From: a virus
Taxonomy: Duplodnaviria; Caudoviricetes
Virus record (IMG/VR): IMGVR_UViG_3300031965_000083
Coordinates: 1 to 39,011 of that record
DNA: 39,011 nt
Strand: one strand, 5' to 3'
Position 1 is the stretch's first letter; each line of letters opens with the position of its first letter. Shown piece by piece: positions 1 to 7,360 of the stretch. The notes beneath the pieces were generated by a model. It saw nothing but the letters and a program-made list of their open reading frames with translations. It was not told the origin of the DNA and did no database searches. Both the position numbers and the translations under genes were made by a program.

Positions 1-127
1 TTTATGAGGAATAGCCCCTTATCTCCTATGCGCATGGCCGCACCGCTCCTTTGTGATTTATGGTGAGTCTCAACTCTCTACCGCCTTCTTCGCCAGAGCG
101 CACAAATCCAGCGCCTCCACCGCCGCC
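1..127. repeat. Terminal direct repeat, copy 1 (assembly overlap of a circular contig)
   Basis: Bases 1-127 are identical to 38885-39011; the lysozyme ATG (38919 = 35) lies inside the overlap. Confidence 0.95.
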
Positions 128-693
128 GCCCCCGCCCCCGCCTCCGCCGCCAACGCCCCCGCCTCCGCCGCCCTCGCCGCCGCCCGCGCCGCCCGCCGCG
201 CCGCCCCCGCTGCCTCCACCGCCCACGCCGCCCACGTCGCCGCCCTAGCCGCCGCCGCCGCATCCGCCGCCCGCGCTGCCCGCGCCGCCCCCGCCTTGCT
301 ACGGTCCTCTCCTCTTAGCCATTTATCCGCCCACTTATTCCATTCCGCATCCCTGGACACCGCCTTCGCGCACAGGATCGCGAATCTCACCCGCTGCTCT
401 GTCGTGACCTCTGGCAGCGGTATCTCCCGCACTGTCGTCAGGCTCACGCACCCGCACTTGAGCTGCCCTTCTCGTAACGCGATTTCACCCTCCGCCTCCC
501 ACAGGCGGGGCGTTTTGAAATCAGCGTGTATTGGATTCAGCAACACCGCTATCAGAGGGTCCTCATATGCGTGTATGAATCCCTCCCCGCATAATCCATC
601 CTCCCCCGTCCCGGAATGGGTGACGCCTTCGCCCCATTGAGTCTCGCCCTTGGTTCGGCCGTTTTTGTCCGTCAGCTTGTAGAGTGTCGTCAC
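70..693 (-). CDS. Paralog P1 of a 4-copy family: conserved N-terminal domain (DUF7666-like) plus Ala-rich helical tail (Imm5-like)
   Basis: YKLTD..GRT...TQWGEGVTH...LCG.GFIHAYEDPL...WEAEG...KCGC core shared with three other ORFs; GTG start overlaps the P2 stop (GTGA). Family names are from recall. Confidence 0.85.
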   Translation of the reverse strand: MTTLYKLTDKNGRTKGETQWGEGVTHSGTGEDGLCGEGFIHAYEDPLIAVLLNPIHADFKTPRLWEAEGEIALREGQLKCGCVSLTTVREIPLPEVTTEQRVRFAILCAKAVSRDAEWNKWADKWLRGEDRSKAGAARAARAADAAAAARAATWAAWAVEAAGAARRAARAAARAAEAGALAAEAGAGAAAVEALDLCALAKKAVES

Positions 694-1295
694 GACACCG
701 CCTCCCTAGCCATGGCGCCTAAATCCAGCGCCGCCGCCGCCGCCCCCGCCGCCCATGCCGCCGCCAATTCCGCCGCCGCCGCCCATTCCGCCGCCCCCCA
801 CTCCGCAGCCGCCGCCGACGCCGCCGCTTCCGCTGCCGACCATGCCGCCCATGCCGCATCCGCTGACGCCGCCGCTCTCGCCGCCGCCGCCGACTCCTTG
901 CCCCTTTCCTCGCCGCTTAGCCATTTATCGGCCCATGCATTCCACTCCGCATCTCGGCATACCTCCTTTGCGCAGAGGATCGCGAATCTAATCCGCTGCT
1001 CCGTCGTCACAACCGGCAGCGGAATCTCCCGCACCGTCGTCAGGCTCACACACCCGCACTTGAGCTGCCCATTCCGGATGGCGATTTCTCCCTCCGCTTC
1101 CCACATTAGCGGGTCGGGAAAATCGGCATGTATGGGATTCATAAACACAGCTACCAACGGGTCCTCATAAGCATGTATAAACCCCGGCCCGCATAATCCA
1201 CCCTTGCCCGTCCCGGAATGAGTCACGCCCTCGCCCCACTGAGTCTGGTTATGGGTTCGGCCGTTTTCGTCCGTCAGCTTGTAGAGTTTCGTCAT
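690..1295 (-). CDS. Paralog P2 of the 4-copy Ala-rich family
   Basis: Start re-assigned to MTKLYKL (ATG at 1295) behind AAGGAGCAAGGC; aligns with P1, P3 and P4. Confidence 0.85.
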   Translation of the reverse strand: MTKLYKLTDENGRTHNQTQWGEGVTHSGTGKGGLCGPGFIHAYEDPLVAVFMNPIHADFPDPLMWEAEGEIAIRNGQLKCGCVSLTTVREIPLPVVTTEQRIRFAILCAKEVCRDAEWNAWADKWLSGEERGKESAAAARAAASADAAWAAWSAAEAAASAAAAEWGAAEWAAAAELAAAWAAGAAAAALDLGAMAREAVS

Positions 1296-1356
1296 GCCTT
1301 GCTCCTTTTCGGGAAATGTGATACAAAAATCGGGCCATAGCAAGGAATTTATCATC

Positions 1357-1569
1357 ATGTCCAGCCGAGCGAACAAGCAGGCCCGCCGGGGCGAGGGGCC
1401 GAACGCCCTGCAAAGGGCCGTCACCTATCCGGGGCGCTTCGTTAACACCGTCGGGGCGACGATAACGGGTGGGAACCGCGGCACTCCGACCGACGAAACC
1501 AAATACCTGTCTGATAAGGAGCTGGCGTTCTGGCAGCAGGGGCCGCGGTCTAAAAAGGCTAAAAAATGA
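1357..1569 (+). CDS. Small basic hypothetical protein upstream of terS
   Basis: AAGGA RBS, ATG at 1357, stop overlaps the terS start (ATGA). Confidence 0.55.
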   Translation: MSSRANKQARRGEGPNALQRAVTYPGRFVNTVGATITGGNRGTPTDETKYLSDKELAFWQQGPRSKKAKK

Positions 1570-2099
1570 CCGTCGGTCCCCAGACGCCGTCCAATGTGAC
1601 GCAGAAGGGGCGCGCCCTCGGTATAAGGCCGGCTGCGCCGGGTAAGCGCCGAATCCCCCGCCTGTTGAATGATAGAATGCCACGGATCGCGGAGGCGTTC
1701 GCCGAAGAGGTAGCGTCCGGCGGCTCGATCCGGTCGTTTGCCTCTAGCCTTGGACTCCCCCTCGCCACGATAACAGGATGGATGCAGAAACATCAAATAG
1801 TTAGGGAGGCATACGATCAGGCCCGGTCCGTCAGGGCAGACCTGAGAGCGGAGCGCATAGATGAGGTCGCTGACGGCGCGCTCGCCGGAGAACATGAGGT
1901 CCCGGCCGCCACGCTCAGAATCAAAGCCGACCAGTGGCTCGCACGTTGTGAGCGGCCGGGCTACTACGGGGACCGGACTCAGGTTACGGGACACGGCGGC
2001 GGACCAATCGAGGTCAGGTGGCGGAAAGACGACCAGGCGACGGATGTTCAATGTCTCACCGTGATTCGGTCCCCAGAGGAGGGCGAGGAAGACTCATAA
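1566..2099 (+). CDS. terS: Terminase small subunit (Sf6 gp1-like)
   Basis: HTH-like SIRSFASSLGLPLATITGW, then REAYDQARSVRAD, LRIKADQWL and YGDRTQVTGHGGGPIEV, the pattern typical of Sf6-type TerS. Confidence 0.85.
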   Translation: MTVGPQTPSNVTQKGRALGIRPAAPGKRRIPRLLNDRMPRIAEAFAEEVASGGSIRSFASSLGLPLATITGWMQKHQIVREAYDQARSVRADLRAERIDEVADGALAGEHEVPAATLRIKADQWLARCERPGYYGDRTQVTGHGGGPIEVRWRKDDQATDVQCLTVIRSPEEGEEDS

Positions 2100-2286
2100 A
2101 GTATTCGTGGGAGAGCCGGCGATAACGAGACTGAGAGATGAAGACTGCGGCGGACCCGTATTTCTCGACCAGACGCGCCGTTTTTCGGGCGACCACCCAA
2201 TCAGGCCCCACGCGTGACAGCATGAAGGAGATAAACCCCTCCGGTTCGGTGGAGGGCATAAAAGGCTCCATAGCATCAGCACTCAT
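2056..2286 (-). CDS. Hypothetical protein
   Basis: GGGAG RBS before ATG at 2286; converges on terS. Confidence 0.45.
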   Translation of the reverse strand: MSADAMEPFMPSTEPEGFISFMLSRVGPDWVVARKTARLVEKYGSAAVFISQSRYRRLSHEYFMSLPRPPLGTESR

Positions 2287-2311
2287 CGCTCCCGCACCCC
2301 TCATAACATGG

Positions 2312-2327
2312 TTAATCCACGGTTAAC
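2312..2327 (+). promoter_or_regulatory. CtrA-binding box (TTAA-N7-TTAAC)
   Basis: TTAA tccacgg TTAAC, intergenic, exact consensus. Confidence 0.65.
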
Positions 2328-2395
2328 CCAAACACCCGATACCCCACGACAGCGCAGCCGATAGAAGAACCGCCTGTATAACCGGTAGACGGCTT

Positions 2396-2638
2396 TCAGC
2401 TCGAACCGTGCACGCGTTCGAAGATGATCTTCGCATACCGAGTGGCGGTTTCACGATCCGCCTCCTTTACGCCTTTCGCCAGCTCAATCGCGGTAAGCGC
2501 GCGCTCCCCGTACTCCATTATGTACAGCTCGGCGCAGGCCGAGCTGGCGTAGGTGCGCAGGTGATCTATGAGCATCCGCCCCATCGACAGCAGGAATTTG
2601 GTTTCGTTCTTGAGCAGAGCTTCCATGGTTGTGTCCAT
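2396..2638 (-). CDS. Hypothetical protein (small leftward gene cluster)
   Basis: 80-aa ORF with AGGAGAGGA RBS. Confidence 0.6.
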   Translation of the reverse strand: MDTTMEALLKNETKFLLSMGRMLIDHLRTYASSACAELYIMEYGERALTAIELAKGVKEADRETATRYAKIIFERVHGSS

Positions 2639-2642
2639 TGGA

Positions 2643-2813
2643 CTATTCCTCTCCTACGTCTCTACGGCCGAACACGGCGCGCTCGGCCTGACGCATGATG
2701 ACGCCCATATCGGCGTCGTGCTCCTGCATGATTCGGACCGCGAGCGGCGTAGGGGCGCGATCCTTCCAGTCGTCGGACTGGCGGAACGGGCGGGACGGTA
2801 TGATCTTACGCAT
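2643..2813 (-). CDS. Hypothetical protein
   Basis: GGAGG RBS before ATG at 2813 (MRKIIPSRPF...). Confidence 0.5.
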   Translation of the reverse strand: MRKIIPSRPFRQSDDWKDRAPTPLAVRIMQEHDADMGVIMRQAERAVFGRRDVGEE

Positions 2814-3019
2814 AGCAACCTCCGGTTGATGAATTTGGAACATTCGGCTAGGAAAGTGCGAACCTCCTGCGGGCGGGAATCGGAGATGTTGGCAGAAAGC
2901 TCCAATTCCACAACCGTAGGAGGGTATTTGGGCCTTAATCGAGGTTTCGGGGGGCCTGCTCGACGCATATCAGACCGTCGGCGGCTTGAGTGAGCCAGGA
3001 TTGATCCCTTGTAGGTCGG

Positions 3020-3298
3020 TCACTGACTCTTTCTGAATAACTTATTACCTTCTCGCCACAAACCCTTAAGCGACAAAATGGCAGCCTCCTTATATACGCC
3101 AGCGCGCTCTCTTGTTATAAGCTCGCCTTCCTTAAAGACATTAAAGCGCCCCTCGTAGGTGACAAGGGTGTACCCATTCCCCGCCGCGACAAAATCAATA
3201 GCGATGATCGGTTGCGCTTCGCCACGCTCAGTCGCGCCCGTTATGTGATAATTCAACCTTTCGTGCGGCCCGTGCGATCTTTTGAACTTAACACTCAT
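3020..3298 (-). CDS. Hypothetical protein, AT-richer than the genome
   Basis: 92-aa ORF with AGGAG RBS. Confidence 0.6.
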   Translation of the reverse strand: MSVKFKRSHGPHERLNYHITGATERGEAQPIIAIDFVAAGNGYTLVTYEGRFNVFKEGELITRERAGVYKEAAILSLKGLWREGNKLFRKSQ

Positions 3299-3334
3299 AG
3301 CAGTATCTCCTGTAAGCCGGTCATTTTCATTCTC

Positions 3335-3514
3335 CTACAGATATCTCAGGAACTTGCCGCGGGGCGACCTGACCAGCCCCACGATCACGGTTTCTCCACA
3401 CGCGCGGCGCTCACGGCCGAACTCGACGCGCTCGCCGGTATTCTCGCGCTCATGGGCGTCGGCGGCTTTCCGGGCGTCTCTGGCGCCGGCGGGGGAATCA
3501 GGCCACTGTTTCAT
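3335..3514 (-). CDS. Hypothetical protein (59 aa, MKQWPDSPAGARDARK...), absent from the ORF track
   Basis: Read manually; ATG overlaps the stop of 3511-3738 (ATGA). Confidence 0.5.
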   Translation of the reverse strand: MKQWPDSPAGARDARKAADAHERENTGERVEFGRERRACGETVIVGLVRSPRGKFLRYL

Positions 3515-3738
3515 AACGCGTTGCTCGACAGGTACCGGATGTATCGGGCGGCGAAGAGAAAGTCGCTTGCCTCCTTCCGCCCGCGCACGGTGTAGCAGTC
3601 TTCGGGGCCGGCTTCGCTATGGTCCTGGCGTCGTCCGGAGGGCCCGAATCTGTAGAGCGTCGCGCCATCGCCCGACGCAAATGTGTAGCAGTAGAACCCG
3701 AGGCTCGCAGCCCGTTCGATGATTTCTGATTTGGTCAT
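3511..3738 (-). CDS. Hypothetical protein, first gene of the small leftward cluster
   Basis: 75-aa ORF with GAGGAG RBS. Confidence 0.65.
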   Translation of the reverse strand: MTKSEIIERAASLGFYCYTFASGDGATLYRFGPSGRRQDHSEAGPEDCYTVRGRKEASDFLFAARYIRYLSSNAL

Positions 3739-3782
3739 TTTCAGTCTCCTCTTCTTACCCTCTCACCCTAGCACGTCAGACG

Positions 3783-3797
3783 TTAACGGTCCGTTAC
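3783..3797. promoter_or_regulatory. Near-consensus CtrA box
   Basis: gTTAA cggtccg TTAC (one mismatch), about 45 bp upstream of the 3738 start. Confidence 0.45.
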
Positions 3798-3881
3798 TTT
3801 TCCGCCACGCCCAACGATTTTTTTCTTGACGGGCCGGCACGGCTCATGCAAGGATCATCCCATCGAAAGATAAGGAGCGCG

Positions 3882-3897
3882 TTAACCCCCGATTAAC
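3882..3897 (+). promoter_or_regulatory. CtrA-binding box (TTAA-N7-TTAAC)
   Basis: TTAA cccccga TTAAC in the divergent intergenic region. Confidence 0.65.
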
Positions 3898-4001
3898 CGA
3901 GACACCCGTTGGCCGGCGCACGACTCCCGCGAGTGTGGCGCTCGGCCCCGCCCCTCCCTCCCCCTCCCCCCAGAGGGAGGGGCGCTTCGGTTCCGTTAAG
4001 G

Positions 4002-4017
4002 TTATGGAAGGGTTAAC
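4002..4017 (+). promoter_or_regulatory. Near-consensus CtrA box
   Basis: TTAT ggaaggg TTAAC, with an extra TTAA half-site at 3996-3999. Confidence 0.45.
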
Positions 4018-4172
4018 GCTCATGTGACAGTGTGAGAACGGATGAGGAACGAAACCTGTATGAACCGGGAAGGGGAAGGGGTGATCACCCCCCGGTGGGG
4101 AGATGGGTACCGGGTGGGGCCCCTTCCCTCAACCGCCTCAAGCTAAAACCGAAATACAACCCAGGAGCGAAT

Positions 4173-4238
4173 ATGTACACATTCTTTATCTTCCTCATGG
4201 TGATTGCCACCCTCGTCATCTATGTCACTGACAGGTAG
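4173..4238 (+). CDS. 21-aa single-TM peptide (MYTFFIFLMVIATLVIYVTDR)
   Basis: AGGAG RBS; hydrophobic stretch. Confidence 0.5.
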   Translation: MYTFFIFLMVIATLVIYVTDR

Positions 4239-4258
4239 GCTGCGATGGAGTATCTGCC

Positions 4259-4342
4259 ATGATCTGCTTTTCTCTCGGGCTTCTCCTCGGGGCCGCCATT
4301 ATGGCGCTCCTCTATGAGCTACACGGCCCGAGGCCGTTATGA
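4259..4342 (+). CDS. 27-aa single-TM peptide (MICFSLGLLLGAAIMALLYELHGPRPL)
   Basis: GGAG RBS; stop overlaps the HD gene start (ATGA). Confidence 0.5.
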   Translation: MICFSLGLLLGAAIMALLYELHGPRPL

Positions 4343-4968
4343 GCGCCGACCTGTACGACACGAAAGCCCTGTGCGGCGCCGTGACCCGCCGGGGCTACAA
4401 TATGACCACGGCAAGCGGGAAACCGTTCTGGCCGTCCGATCCTCGCCCCCAGGACATACGGATTTCGGACATAGCGGCCCACCTGTCCCGCATCTGCCGG
4501 TTCAATGGCGCCATTAAAGACGACATAGACGTATACAGCGTTGCGCAGCATTCTGTCCTGGTTGAGCGATATTTTACCATTTTCAACCCCAATTCCTCGA
4601 CGAACGCACGTCTGGCCGCCCTGCTCCACGACGCGGCGGAAGCCTATCTGGGAGACATGATAAAGCCGATCAAGGATTCCTACGCCGAGAGGAAGGCGCA
4701 TGAGGCGCGGGTGTCGCGCGTCATCGAACAGAGGTTCGGACTCCGGCCGAAATCTCTTGACGATCCCCGTATCAAAGTGCAGGACTACAGGGCAGTCCTG
4801 ACGGAGCACAGGGACCTTCAGGTCGATACCGGGGAGGTCGATTGGGGCCTCGATCATGCGCTTGCCGGCCCGTGGGAGGAGACCATAATCCCGGTCGGAA
4901 CCGGAGAGGCGCGGGACATGTTTCTGGAGCGGTTCGCGGAACTTTATGGAGCGGAAGATGGAAAATAG
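4339..4968 (+). CDS. HD-domain 5'-deoxynucleotidase (YfbR/YfdR-like)
   Basis: DIAAHLSRICRFNG, YSVAQHS and LLHDAAEAYLGD motifs. Confidence 0.85.
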   Translation: MSADLYDTKALCGAVTRRGYNMTTASGKPFWPSDPRPQDIRISDIAAHLSRICRFNGAIKDDIDVYSVAQHSVLVERYFTIFNPNSSTNARLAALLHDAAEAYLGDMIKPIKDSYAERKAHEARVSRVIEQRFGLRPKSLDDPRIKVQDYRAVLTEHRDLQVDTGEVDWGLDHALAGPWEETIIPVGTGEARDMFLERFAELYGAEDGK

Positions 4969-5320
4969 CCCCAACGTCAAGCACGACGGCGGAAAGCTGC
5001 CGATTCTGGAGGGCTTTCTTGAGAGATTTCCCCGCGCCGTGGAGGCCGTAGCCGGGATTTCTGCCTTTGGACGGCTGAAATACGGAACGTTCGACGGGTG
5101 GGCGGCGGTGGAGAACGCCTTCGTCAGGTATCGGTCCGCCATGCACCGCCATGAGCTGGCAAGGCTTCGCGAAGAGGAGTACGACCTGGAGTCCCGCCTT
5201 CTCCATCTGGCCCATCATGCGTGGGGCTCCATGGCTACCCTTGAGCTATATCTTCGGGATCATCCGGATTCTCGTATAAACCCGGACTATGCGGAAAAGG
5301 GTATAAAAGATGCTCGATGA
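4958..5320 (+). CDS. dATP/dGTP diphosphohydrolase-domain protein (DUF5664-like)
   Basis: KHDGGK, FGRLKYG, RYRSAMHRH and DLESRLLHLAHHAW patterns. Confidence 0.75.
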   Translation: MENSPNVKHDGGKLPILEGFLERFPRAVEAVAGISAFGRLKYGTFDGWAAVENAFVRYRSAMHRHELARLREEEYDLESRLLHLAHHAWGSMATLELYLRDHPDSRINPDYAEKGIKDAR

Positions 5321-5510
5321 TGCGGTATTCCACATACTGGACGAGTTTCTGAAATGGTCTCAGCCTCAGTCCATACGTCTCCACGCCGGAGAGCTGAAAT
5401 CGTCCGAGGTCCGGCTCATTCAGTCGGTGATTCGCTCGATTCGCTACAATCTGGAAAGGGAGAGAGTCCTCCCGGAAGGATCGGAGAGATATGCTGGTCG
5501 TAAGGCTTGA
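5310..5510 (+). CDS. Hypothetical protein
   Basis: 66-aa ORF overlapping both neighbours in operon fashion. Confidence 0.55.
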   Translation: MLDDAVFHILDEFLKWSQPQSIRLHAGELKSSEVRLIQSVIRSIRYNLERERVLPEGSERYAGRKA

Positions 5511-5772
5511 GCTTCACAACGCCAATACGTGCGAGGTATCCACCATCGGATCGATCAAGATTGCCAATATGGGGATGAGCGAAACGAACACGGCGGATTA
5601 CAACATCGGTGAGTTCTCCGGCGCCGTCAGCCCGCTTGCCTATGGAGCGGAGGTCTGCAACTCGGGCTACGTCCTGAACCATGACAGGGGAATGGACGTG
5701 TGGACTCTTGTCTCCAAGGCTCTGAAGAACCTTGGCTACGGCAAATCGAAGGAGGAAAAACCATGGCGGTGA
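5491..5772 (+). CDS. Hypothetical protein (MLVVRLELH...)
   Basis: GGAG RBS; 93 aa. Confidence 0.6.
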   Translation: MLVVRLELHNANTCEVSTIGSIKIANMGMSETNTADYNIGEFSGAVSPLAYGAEVCNSGYVLNHDRGMDVWTLVSKALKNLGYGKSKEEKPWR

Positions 5773-5858
5773 CGAGGGGCGGAATCGACTATCTTCTGGG
5801 TAGAAGCAACGCCAGAATCCGGACGAAACGCAAATAGCCATATAGGATATGGTGCTCC

Positions 5859-7172
5859 ATGCCAGTCATCGAAATCCCGTATTCCCCCCGCAAGGCGTTC
5901 GTTCCATACCACGAGCGAAAGCAACGCAACGCCTGCATGGTGTGCCACCGCCGGGCCGGTAAAACCGTAAGCGCGGTGAATGACGACATACGGGACTCCC
6001 TCATCTCGAAGCATTGGGAAACCGGCCTTCCCCTTGAGCGATTCCGGGCCGCGTACATCGCCCCGACCTATGCTCAGGCAAAGGCTGTCGCGTGGGATTA
6101 CGTGAAGCATTACGCCTCGGCAATACCGGGGGTGAGATTCAACGAGGCAGAGCTGCGGGCCGACTTTCCCAATGGATCGAGATACCGGCTCCTCGGGGCG
6201 GAGAACTACGATTCCCTGAGAGGAATCTATCTCGACAAGTGCACCATGGACGAGCCTGCCGACCAGGATCCTCGGGCGTGGCAGGAGGTCATCCGCCCGG
6301 CGCTGACGGATCGCAAGGGCCGGGTGACATTCATAGGCACCCCCAAGGGGCGCAACTCCTTCTACGATATTCACAAGGTGGCCGAGAACGACCCAGCCGG
6401 GTGGTTCTCGCTTGTTCTCAAATCCTCCGAAACCGGCTTGCTCGATCCCGCGGAACTCGCCATGGCCCGCCGGGACATGACCGAGGATTCGTATCTACAA
6501 GAATTTGAATGCAGCTTCGACGCCGCCGTAACCGGGACCTATTACGGCAAGGAGATGAAGGAAATGGAGGAATCGGGCCGCGTTACGTCGGTTCCTCACG
6601 ATCCCCATCTTCTGGTCCATACGTCATGGGACCTGGGGGTTGACGACTCTACCGCCATCGTCTTCTGGCAGATATACGGCAAGGAATACCGGATCATCGA
6701 CTATTTCGAATCGGCCGGCCAGCCTCTCGGTTTCTATGTCTCTGAAATACGGAAACGCGCCTATATCTACGGGGAGCATTTCTTCCCCCACGACGTTCGG
6801 GCGACCGAGCTACAGACCGCCAAGACCCGCGTCGAGGCTCTGAGGAGCCTTGGGCTTGAGCCCGCCATAGCGCCGAATCATCTGGTCGCCGATGGGATCA
6901 CCACCGTCAGAAGGGTTCTGCCGTCAGTCTGGATAGATGCCGGTAAATGCGCCCGGCTGGTCGAGTGCCTGAAGCTCTATCGCCGGCAATGGAACGAGAA
7001 GAACAAAATCTGGTCTCAGAGGCCGGTGCACGACTGGACTTCACACGGGGCCGACGCTGTGCGATGTTTCGCCATGGCCTATGCCGACGACATCATCATG
7101 GAAGAGGACTTCGCCAAAGAGGGCTCTCTGAACGGATTCCGGTCCGGAAGAAACGACACAACGGGGTATTGA
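5859..7172 (+). CDS. terL: Terminase large subunit
   Basis: Walker A HRRAGKT, YIAPTYAQAK, Walker B LRG...MDE, motif III IGTPKG, nuclease WDLGVDD and SHGADA. Confidence 0.95.
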   Translation: MPVIEIPYSPRKAFVPYHERKQRNACMVCHRRAGKTVSAVNDDIRDSLISKHWETGLPLERFRAAYIAPTYAQAKAVAWDYVKHYASAIPGVRFNEAELRADFPNGSRYRLLGAENYDSLRGIYLDKCTMDEPADQDPRAWQEVIRPALTDRKGRVTFIGTPKGRNSFYDIHKVAENDPAGWFSLVLKSSETGLLDPAELAMARRDMTEDSYLQEFECSFDAAVTGTYYGKEMKEMEESGRVTSVPHDPHLLVHTSWDLGVDDSTAIVFWQIYGKEYRIIDYFESAGQPLGFYVSEIRKRAYIYGEHFFPHDVRATELQTAKTRVEALRSLGLEPAIAPNHLVADGITTVRRVLPSVWIDAGKCARLVECLKLYRRQWNEKNKIWSQRPVHDWTSHGADAVRCFAMAYADDIIMEEDFAKEGSLNGFRSGRNDTTGY

Positions 7173-7174
7173 AC

Positions 7175-7360
7175 ATGAAGGTGGAGTTTTCCCATTTGAG
7201 GGACTATAACAACTACAAGCCGTACCGGCCGAAGGCCCTGAAGGAACGGGCGCGGCTGGCCGCCAGGAAATGCGGGGACGGCGCATGGCGCTCTCCTGTC
7301 CAAACCATGATACATTCTTACGTCAGGGACATTAACCAAAGGCCGAATCCCAATGGCTGA
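7175..7360 (+). CDS. Small basic hypothetical protein between terL and portal
   Basis: Fills the gap from ATG at 7175; 61 aa. Confidence 0.4.
   Translation: MKVEFSHLRDYNNYKPYRPKALKERARLAARKCGDGAWRSPVQTMIHSYVRDINQRPNPNG

Noticed and set aside
26-991. Poly-Gly, poly-Pro and poly-Arg ORFs (also at 33693-34175, 36550-36804 and the Gly-rich extension of the helicase ORF to 33986)
   Set aside because: These are alternative-frame readings of the GCG repeats in the paralog tails; the helicase starts at 33758.
70-1295. Diversity-generating retroelement behind the variable paralogs
   Set aside because: There is no reverse transcriptase and no non-coding template repeat, and the differences are indels and mixed substitutions rather than adenine-specific changes.
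4339-5320. 2-aminoadenine (Z) genome system
   Set aside because: No PurZ/adenylosuccinate-synthetase homolog or phage DNA polymerase is visible anywhere in the genome.
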